A stretch of DNA of 64,000 nt, taken from the NCBI RefSeq assembly GCF_009914755.1, contig NC_060942.1. The stretch is one strand, 5' to 3'. A model generated the notes under the pieces. That model was not told the origin of the DNA and did not search any database. It saw nothing but the letters and a program-made list of their open reading frames with translations. This DNA comes from the human T2T-CHM13v2.0 reference genome, Homo sapiens. This document shows, in pieces, positions 54,301 to 64,000 of the stretch; position 1 is the first letter of the stretch; each line of letters begins with the position of its first letter. Position numbers and translations under genes: made by a program.

Positions 54301-56610
54301 TATCTGTATTTCTTTCAACTATTTCTAAGCCATATGGAAATTCCATATTTTAAACACAGTTTCCTGAAATGGAAAAAATATCAGATCCGACTAAGCAAAT
54401 CTAACTGATCTAAAATTACTTAAAGCAGTGTATAATGCTAAATCCAACTCGTCTATTAACCATAGAACATTGGGACCTATATATGGATGTATAATTGTAT
54501 ATATGTATATCTAAGTATATTTATTAGAAGATAGAATTCTTAAATGTGAAGGCCATATATCTACACAATCTAATCCTAAATTTTACTTTTAAATTAGAGA
54601 ATGCAAGAACTATTTTATTAAAAATAATTTTTATCTACTTGGAGAGCTCAGAAAATTAAAAAAGTTTAACTTGAAAAATATTAAGAAGTAAGCAACTGTG
54701 ACCTGTTTTCACTGTGGTCTGTGATCCAAAATCATGAACAGATGTAGCTTCTTTTTTTCTCATAACTTTCAAATAGCAAAAAAAAAAAATAATAAAGTTA
54801 CCTTTTATTTATGAGTTATCATTTTTTCTTCTATATTTTGACAAATAACGTGACAGAAAAATGATTAAGTTTCTCATTTCACAATGTGACTTGTGCGTTA
54901 TTTATTGTTAAAATAAAAGTCACTTTGTGAATCAAAGTTTTTAATCTTTTCTTTCTTTTTCAATCTCAAAAAATGTTTTGTCGGGAAACGGATTTTAGTA
55001 AATACCTTTTTTTCATCCTAATGACAGGTAAGTCCTTTTAAATGACTCATTGCTAATTAGTTCAGAGCAACATTCCAAAAGAATATTTTATTTTTGGAAC
55101 CTCGTTTTATTGATTTTCTGCTCCAGTAGCGTGACTAATGCACATCACAGTTAGAGCTCTGCAAAATGTTTGCAGCAAAACCCCAAACCAGGTAATAATC
55201 ACCTGATATTTACCTGGTTTCTTCACTTTCTTATCAACCAAATCATCAGGCTCAATTCCTGAAAAGGTTCTTGGTTTTTACAAGCGTTCCCAACAATACT
55301 GAGCATTCCTCTGTGTCAAAATCATTTCTCTTGCAAATTCCCAAATTCAATCTTGAAATGAAATGAGATGCTATGGTTTTGGCTGTTCTTTGCTTTTTAT
55401 TTTTGGTTCAGTGATGCCTGAAAGTCAAAATGAAACTGAAGTACAGGACCATGGGAATCCAAGTGAGTAATTTAAATGAATCTCAATGAGTCCAGCATGC
55501 TGAGTTTTAGCAGCATAGACATTGCCAGAACCACAAAGTCTCCAGAACCTATGCAGGATGACAACTGGCTTTAAAGATCAAAGTGTAGAATAGCACATTG
55601 CTTTTTCCATAACAGCCTGCATCTACAGTATCCTTTCTCTTTGTGAGTCTATTTCAAGCTTCTCATTTTCCAAGATTGCTACTGACCTTGCCACAAAGAA
55701 TATACAGTGTTTAAATTCACCAGGAAGATTATCTTGTGATATTTCCTTCTCCATATTTACTTTCATCCAATGAAGAAAACCAGAGGATTTAAAAAAGCAT
55801 GGCTTTTATTCAATTTACTTATCATAAAAAAGTTTATATTGAAGGAAACAAAAAATAAAATTGTTTATTGAAAACATAATAAATCGGATAAAATAGAATA
55901 TACCTATTGATTTAACAGCTATAAAGCTTTAGATTTAGATGGAAAAAAATGTTGGGAGTGGAAGGTAGGATTGATCAGGAACTGACTAAAAAACCAATGA
56001 AAGCTATGGTTCATTTCCACAAATGTCTGTGTATCATACAAGAATACATACTTTTTCAGTGGACAAACAAATTCTAGGTTTAAAAAACTTGTCTTCTAGA
56101 GAAACCTTAATAGAGGTTTCTCTAGAAACCTTAAGTTTCTGGAATTAAGTGCCATTCTGTCAATAATTTTCTGTAAAAGTTCAATATTTCTTAACACTAA
56201 ATGAGGTTTCTAAAATTAAATATACTTTTATTTTCTGAATGCACCTCCTCATTCAGTGTTTTAAAATACTGAAAATGAATCCATAGTGTTTAGAGAAGAA
56301 GAGTTTACAACTCAGAATTTTATGCCAAACTGAATTATCTCACATGAGAGCTTTAGAAATAGATATTAAATTCATAAAAATGGAAATAATTATTCTTCAT
56401 CAATAATTTTGAAATATAGTACTTTTCAAGCTCTGGGCCAGAGGGTCCAACTATTTTCCAGTACTGACTATCTATTTTCTCATTAATTTTTTCACTGTAC
56501 CCCTACCAAAATAAATACCTGAATGGTCTATTTTTTAAGAAGTTAGGTCCAAATAACTTAAGGAGTATTCATATTTTTAAAACTTAGTAGTTGTCTGAAA
56601 AAACTAATAA

Positions 56611-56936
<326 letters not shown>

Positions 56937-57679
56937 GTATTTCATTCTTAAATAGCCACCATTGCTTACTACAGGCATTTTTCCACCTGTAGTACAACTT
57001 CCTAATCCTTAGTCAGATTAGATTTACCACTATCATTATTTTCTGTGGCAAAATGATTGCCATGCAATACTTGTTTTACATCACAGAATCCATGAACAGA
57101 CAGTTTTATAAAGATACGTATGTGATCTAATGTTAACTACCTCAAACTGTGAACTACCTTGAGCTGATAGATCATGCAGTCTTTAACAGTTGATACTGTG
57201 TTTCTATCAAAAGTTTAAGATAATCTGAAGTTTTCCTGTGAGCTAGTTGTGGCACACTGACCACTATAGTACACAGTTTTGTAAACAACGTTTTAGACAA
57301 ATGAGAGTGGAATAAATATTAGGGAATCAAAATGTAGAAAGTGATGTTACAAACTAATAAAGGATTATCCCTTAAATGATATGAACCTCAAGTTCAGATG
57401 TCCCATTAGATTTAGTCTTGTTAGATATATTTTTCAGCTTATAAGTAAGTTTTTTTTGGGGGGCGGGGAGAGAAAAATGTTTAAAAATTCTCCTCAACCT
57501 ATTTTTTTTTCTTTTTCTATTAGATACCTTAAAATAATATTGGATGACTTTTATAAGGCAAATAGAAATTATTTTTTCAGTACTTTATAGGTCCAATTTT
57601 GCATATACCAATGTGCAGACATGTGCAGACAAAAACCCAGTAGTAAATGCACCAGTGCATTAAAACATAATTCATTAGA

Positions 57680-58012
57680 GATTGAGGAGTGTAGGGAGAA
57701 GACAGGGATAGGAAGAGAGATTTGCTGAACATTACAAAATTACAGTTTGAAGGAGTAAGTTCTAGTGTTCTATAGCACTGTTGGATAATTATAGTTTACA
57801 ATTGTATGTAGTTACAAATAGCTAGAAGGAGGTTACTGAACATTCCCAACACAAATAATTGATAAATGTTTGAGATGACTATGCTAATTACCCTGATATG
57901 ATCACTATGCATTATATGTATTGAAACATCACTATGTACCCCCTGAATATTATGCGGTACATAGTGATGTTTCAATAATTATTTGTCAACTAAGAAATAA
58001 AATTAAAAAATA
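57680..58012 (+). mobile_element. L1MA4/5-like 3' end
   Basis: AAGTTCTAGTGTTCTATAGCACTG, CAAATAGCTAGAAG, GATAAATGTTTGAG, GCTAATTACCCTGAT. Confidence 0.85.
57919..57977. repeat. Perfect 22-bp inverted repeat, 15-nt loop
   Basis: TATTGAAACATCACTATGTACC / GGTACATAGTGATGTTTCAATA. Confidence 0.97.
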
Positions 58013-59299
58013 AACTTTGGAGGAGAGTCTTCTTCATTCTGTTCTTTTCATATTATCAACATTTTTATAATCTGCATTTTTTCATATTGAAAGAAAATAA
58101 ATTTATTTAAAAAGAGAAATGGGGAAATACTAAAATAAAAACATTTTAATTGATTGTTATTAATAACAACATTATCTAGGAACAGTAAAAATTATGAAAG
58201 GACAAAAAATAGCTGAAGAGGTAAATCAATTTAGAAACAAAAAATTCAAATGTAGGAAAAGCAATAACATAAGTATAATATCTGATTTTTTCTGATTTTC
58301 TTTGTGCGAACAACTTTAAATTTCTGTATTCCATAATTTTTCATATGGCTTAATACTTTTGAAAATAAAAACCAGGATGCAAGAAAGAATGCCTAGTTGT
58401 GCAAAATACTATGTAAATGTGAAATGTTATTGTCATTCTTTAGACTATGATAATTTTTTGAGTATTTTAGGGGCATACTCCCTATCCTCTGTTAATAAAG
58501 TAATAGAAGTGCCCCCTACTCTCTGCTCGGGCAAGGATGTTCTCTCCAAATTCCAAGATTTCATGGCTTAAACCTCGCTCAAATGTCTATCTTAAATATC
58601 CTTTAGAACAACAAACACCACTTCCCTCTTGTTCTGTCTTGCAGTTTTCATTGCAATGTTCATTTCTCATCTGAGTGTACTATTAAGATGTTCATAGAAT
58701 TTTATAAGTAGACAATTGTATTCATCAAATTATTTTTAAAATGGTGTCTGTTTGCTTTTAAGATACAAACAGTTAAACTAATGGGAAAGAGGAAATAAGC
58801 AAATCTAGAAGTGTTAAATGTTAGGCTTATAGATTTGCATCTAAGTAAAAGAAATTTTGGCATGCAATTAGAAATCGAATTTCTTCTCTTTTGCTCATGT
58901 GGGCTTAATTCTTGGTACTGTTTTCCTTTATTTGGTATCGTAGTGTAAGTAATGTTTGCTATGCAATTTGCTTTCATTTTAGCTTGGACTTCTTTTCCCC
59001 TGGGTTTCTAATTTCATTTCCATATGTGGATTGTTTTACCACCAATTAGTGCTAGATGACATGAATGAGGGTTTCTTAACAACTGTTCTCAATTATTTTT
59101 GAGACACATGAACACATTAGCTGCCAATTAGTCTGAATTCCACTCTCATCTTCTAACCCCTTATCTAATCTTCCTTACAAGGAACAATGGATAACTTGTA
59201 AGGTGACCAAAATTTTAAAAAGAAATAAAAATAATAATGACAAAAATTACTAAACCACAGAAAAATCATTTAATTTTCTCTTAATATTTTGTATATATA

Positions 59300-61771
59300 C
59301 AGGCATATCTCAAAGATATTGCGGGTTTGGTGCAGACCTACAATAAAGTGAATACAGCAAGAAAACAAGTTAAGGACTTTTTTTCACATTAAAGTTATGT
59401 TTACATTATACTATAATCTATCAAATATGCAATAGTATTATGTTTTTAAAAACAATATATATACTGTAAGTTAAAAATGCCTTATTGCTAAAACAAATGC
59501 TACTAGTAAGCTGAATCTTCAGTGTGTTGAGATCTTTTTACTGATGGAGGGTAATGCCTTCATGTTGATGGCTGCTGACTGATCAAGGTCATGGTTGCAG
59601 AAGGCTGGAGTGGCTGCAGCATTTTCTTAAAATAAGACAACAGTGAAATTTGCTGCATTGATTGACTCTTCCTTTCACTAAACATTTTTCTGCAGCAGGC
59701 AATTCTGTTAGATAGCATTTTACCTTCAGTAGAACTTCTTTCAAAATTGGAGTCAATCCTCTCAAACCCTGCTGCCACTTTATCAACCATTTTTATGTCA
59801 TATTATAACTCCATGGTTGCTATTTCAACAATGTTCAGAGCTTCTTCACCAGCAGCAGATTCTATCTCAAGAAATCACTTTCTTGCTCATCCATAAAAAG
59901 CAACTCCTCATCTCCTCAAGTTTTATCATAAGATTGTAGCAATTCAGTCACAACTTCAGGCTCCATTTCTTACTTTAGTTCTCTTGCTAGAGAGAGATCT
60001 CTTGATTCTCTTCAAATGTGGTACTCTTCCATCACACTGCAGTTGTTTCCTCAACTGAAGTCTTGAATTCCTTAAAGTTATCATGAGGGTTGAAAACAAC
60101 TTCTTCCAAACTCCTGTTAATGTTGATATTTTGACATCTCCCCTTGAGCCAGGAATGATCTTAATGGTATCCAAAATTATAAATCCAGCCCATCAGGTTT
60201 TCAATTTACTTTGCCCAGATCCATCAGAGGAATTACTATCTATAGCAGCTATAGCCTTATGAAATGTATTTCTTAAATAATAAGACTTGAATGTTGAAAT
60301 TATGCCTTGATCCATTGAGCTCCAGAATAAATGTGTTAGCAGGCATGAAACACATGTACAGCTACATCAGAGCTTTTGGGTTACCAGGTGTATTGTCAAT
60401 GAACAGCAATATTCTGAGATAATTATATTTTGTGGAATAGTTCTCAATAGTGGGCTTAAAATATTCAGTAAACCATGCTGTAAATAGCTGAGCCATCATC
60501 CAGGCTTTGTTACTTTATTTGTAGACCACAGGCAGAGTAGATTTAGCATCAATCTTAAGAGCTCTAGGATTTTTAGAATGGTAAATGAGTACAGTCTTCA
60601 ACTTCAAGTCACCAGTTCTATTAACCTGTAATAAGAGAGTCAGCCTGTTCTTTGAAGCTTTGAAGCCAGACATTGACTTTTCTTCCAACTTTTCTTCTGT
60701 AGCTTCCTCACCTCTTAGCCTTCATAAAATTGAAGTGATTTAGGCCCTTTCTCCGGATTAGGCTTCTGTTTAAGGAAATGTCTTGGCTGGTTTTATCTTC
60801 TATTCAGATCACAGAAGCTTTACTCCATATCAGCAATAAGGCTGCTTTTCTTTCTTATCATTCATGTATTCGTTGGAGTAGCACTCTTAATTTCCTTCAA
60901 AAAATTGTCCTTTGTTTGGCACAAGAAGCCTAGCTTTTGACCTCTTCTCGTTAAGTTTAATTGTTTCTAGGCTTTGATCAATTTTCCTTTGTTATGAGAT
61001 GGGATCTTACTCTTTCACTCAGGCTAAAGTGCAGTGGTGCAAGCATAGCTCACCGCAACCTCGAATTCCTGGCCTTGAGAGATCCTCCTGCTTCAGCTTC
61101 CCAAGTAGCTGAGATTACAGGAATGCACCACCATACTCAGCTAATTAAACCTTTTTTTTTTTTTTTTTTTTTTTTTTAGAGATGAGGCCTTGCTATGTTG
61201 CGCAGGCTGGTCTCGAACTCTTGGGCTCAATAATCCTCGGCCTCAGCCTGTCAAGTGCTAGGATTACAAATGTAAGCCCCTTCCCCCAGCCTAGCTTCTG
61301 ATTTAAAGTGAGAGATGTGTTACCCTTTCTTTCTCTTGCACACTTAGATGCCATTATAGGATTATCAATTGGCCTAATTTCAGTATTGTTGTGTCTCAAA
61401 GAACAGGGACATCTGAGGAGAGAAAGTGGAGGGGAGAAAGAGTCAGTGGAAGAGTCAGAGCACACACAACCTTTATCAATTAAGTTAATTGTCTTATGTG
61501 GGCGTGGTTCATGGTGTCCCAAAACAATGACAGTAGTAACATCAGATGTCAGTAATCACACATCACCACGACAAATATAATAAGGAAAAAGTCTGAAATA
61601 TTACGAGAATTACAAAATGTGACACAGAGACAGGAGGTGAGCACATGATATTGGAAAAAATGTGTTAATAGACTTGCCTAATGAAGGATTGCCACAAACC
61701 TTCAATTCTGAAGAAAGCACAATATCTGCGAAGCGTGATAAAGCAAAGCACTTTAAAACGAGATATGCCCG
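59300..61771 (-). mobile_element. Tigger1 DNA transposon, near full length, decayed transposase
   Basis: CAGGCATATCTC...ACGAGATATGCCCG TIRs; ORF 59560-59790 [16 protein letters not shown]...LLSYFKK...LISQQPST matches Tigger1 transposase C-terminus. Confidence 0.93.
60982..61291 (-). mobile_element. AluJ inserted in Tigger1
   Basis: ATAGCTCACCGCAACCTCGAATTCCTGG J-type arm; degenerate TSD CTAG..TTGAT/CTAGCTTCTGAT. Confidence 0.9.
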
Positions 61772-62873
61772 TGTATAGCTTACTTGACGATGGATTCTTT
61801 ATCCTTGTGTAATTATCTTCTAATGATTCCATAGTGATATAATGTTAACAGCAATTAGTTTATTCCCTAGATTAAAAAAATAAAATATCATCACCACGTG
61901 TCTTTAAAGTTACAATTTATAATCTTCAGGCATATTTGTCTTTGATTATCTGGAATATAATACCACTTGCTTTAAATTTGCTTTCACACATTATTTTATT
62001 AGTACCTTAATAGAGTTCACCCTGCTGATATTGTTATTTTTATTCTGCAGGGGAAAATATATTAATAGATTTAGAAAATGTAAATAGTCCCTGAAAAATG
62101 TCATGAGTTAAAGCGTGTCCAAGAGTCAGCTGATTCTTAGTCCCACAGCCAGTTCCAGAATAAAATGTCAGTAGGTATTTTTAAAGATAATTATTTGCTT
62201 TAAGTCTATTACTCACTTTCTCGTCATCAGTTTCAATGTCCACAATAGTAAGAAACACATGCATTTCATAAATTTATAGTAAGGCATGACATGTAGAGTG
62301 AGTGTTTATTATAAATATTTTGAATGAATGAATAAAAGTTCCTAATTCCTGATCCAAATGTTTATTTTGTAACTCCGCTAAACTCTCAGCTAAGGAGTTA
62401 ACATGTTGCACCCATCAGTTCTTTCCACTATCCATCCCTGTTTATGAAAACGCTCAAGACCTTCACATGGTGCTGTATTAAAATGATCACCAGCCAGGCC
62501 TCTTCCCCTTCCATTGTGGCATGGGTCCCTCAGTGTCCCATCTTTTATCACTTGATTCTGGTTCTGTCTTAGATCAGCTAGTGTCAAATACATATTAGCC
62601 AATGTCAGTGCAACTGTGCTGACGTCTGATAGCCAATATTTTGTCTGATGCCATCAGTAAGAGTAAAATATCCAGCTGAACTAGGTAGCCTGTTTCCTTC
62701 TCCCCATGCCCACCACAGGACTGAGTACTTCGGAGACTAAAGTAGATTCTGAACCACACCACTGAGATTCTAGCTCCTTATTTTGCCTGCTGAAGGAGAT
62801 CAAAAAGGTCACACTCTCTCTGTCTAAATCAGTTCCCTTTCCTACCTAGAAATTAAGAATAATAATGTCTATA

Positions 62874-63416
62874 TAGTAGTTCTTGGTTATCCATGGTTTC
62901 ATTTTGCCCAGTTTCAGTCACCCACAGTCAACAGCAATCCAAAAATATTAAATGGAAAATTTCAGAAATAAACAATTCATAAGTTTTAAATTGTGTACCA
63001 TTCTGAGTAGCATGATGAAATCTTGTGTCATCTCACTCTAAGGGTGAATCATCCCTTTTTCCAGCATATCCACACTGCCTATACTACCCACGTGTTAATA
63101 ACTTAGTAGCCATCTGCGTTGTTGCATTGACAGAACACAAGGGAGAATATACTACAATAAGACATTTTGTGTGTGTGAGAGAAGAGACTATATTCACAAA
63201 ATTTATTAAAGTATATTGTTATCATTGTTCTATTTTATTATTTTTGCTAATCTCTTATTGTACCTAATTTATAAATTAAATTTTATCACAAGTATGTGTG
63301 TACAGGAAAAAACATGATATATATAGTGGTATATACAGGGCTCAGTACTATTCAAGATTTCAGGCATCAATTGGAGGTTTTGGGATGTATCCCCCAGGGA
63401 TAAGGAGGAAATATTG
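62874..63416 (+). mobile_element. MER44-family Tigger7 derivative
   Basis: AAAAATATTAAATGGAAAATTTCAGAAATAAACAATTCATAAG; end TATCCCCCAGGGATAAGG...TATTG followed by TA. Confidence 0.88.
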
Positions 63417-64000
63417 TACCTATAATCAGAAGGCTAGTTAAAAAATATTAATGCTTGTGAAATGTATGTGCAACATGATATACAAACCCAATGTTACTAT
63501 TTGTTGTTAGAGTTTTTGCCTCCTAGTTCGTAAGTGAGAATGGCGTATGGTTTTATTTTTGTGGTATGTATGTGTGTATGTGTGTGTGCTTTAAGTTTTA
63601 AGCAATCTGACATAAACTGGAATCTTTGGGATCTTTTCTATGGCCTGAAATATTTGAATGAATTAAAATGTATCCTAGAAAATTAGAACTCATTCTAATA
63701 TTGTCTGTTCTTGGTGGCATTAAGATGGCAAGTATTCAACGAAAGTTGTCTGTAGTTTTATTTTTTTAAATCTATTTAGATATTTTGCCTCTTCTGGAAG
63801 CAATTTATTTATATTTTATCTTTATTTATATTTTATATTTTTATTAAAAATCAACTCAATTTTTAAATTTATAAATGTAAATTCACATGTAATCTTTTGT
63901 AATTAAATGACTTCTTTATTTGAGGGTCAGAGAAAAATCCTATTTCTAATCACACATAATACATATATAAAATTAACATATTATATATTTCATAATCAAA

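Noticed and set aside
57611-57661. 10-bp tandem duplication and 7-bp hairpin
   Set aside because: Too short to distinguish from chance or simple slippage
59173-59203. 9-bp inverted repeat CCTTACAAG/CTTGTAAGG
   Set aside because: Expected by chance in 64 kb of AT-rich DNA
59560-59790. Transposase-like ORF as a gene
   Set aside because: Short remnant of a disabled Tigger1

Overview
AT-rich, CpG-poor simian-primate genomic DNA (Alu S/J, THE1, MER50, Tigger1 present; species not determinable), intronic or intergenic. No intact protein-coding gene, RNA gene or CRISPR array is supported. The ORF track is explained by Alu, L1, THE1-internal and Tigger1 remnants or by chance. Much of the window is transposon fossils, including a five-layer nest at 19.0-20.5 kb, a full two-LTR THE1 inside an MST LTR, and several solo LTRs with intact target-site duplications (TSDs). 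Two signals are not explained by the repeats. (1) A recurring set of locally templated copies: an ~80-bp-arm palindrome, a perfect 22-bp hairpin in an L1MA tail, dup/inversion junctions, and 48-bp and ~225-bp copies inserted 1.4-2.6 kb from their source. These suggest repeated template-switch repair. (2) Three candidate minus-strand small exons (21, 45 and 59 nt) in unique sequence at 32-41 kb; two of them join into a signal-peptide-like frame. Both signals are hypotheses. Repeat subfamily names come from recalled consensus sequences and need RepeatMasker/Dfam confirmation.
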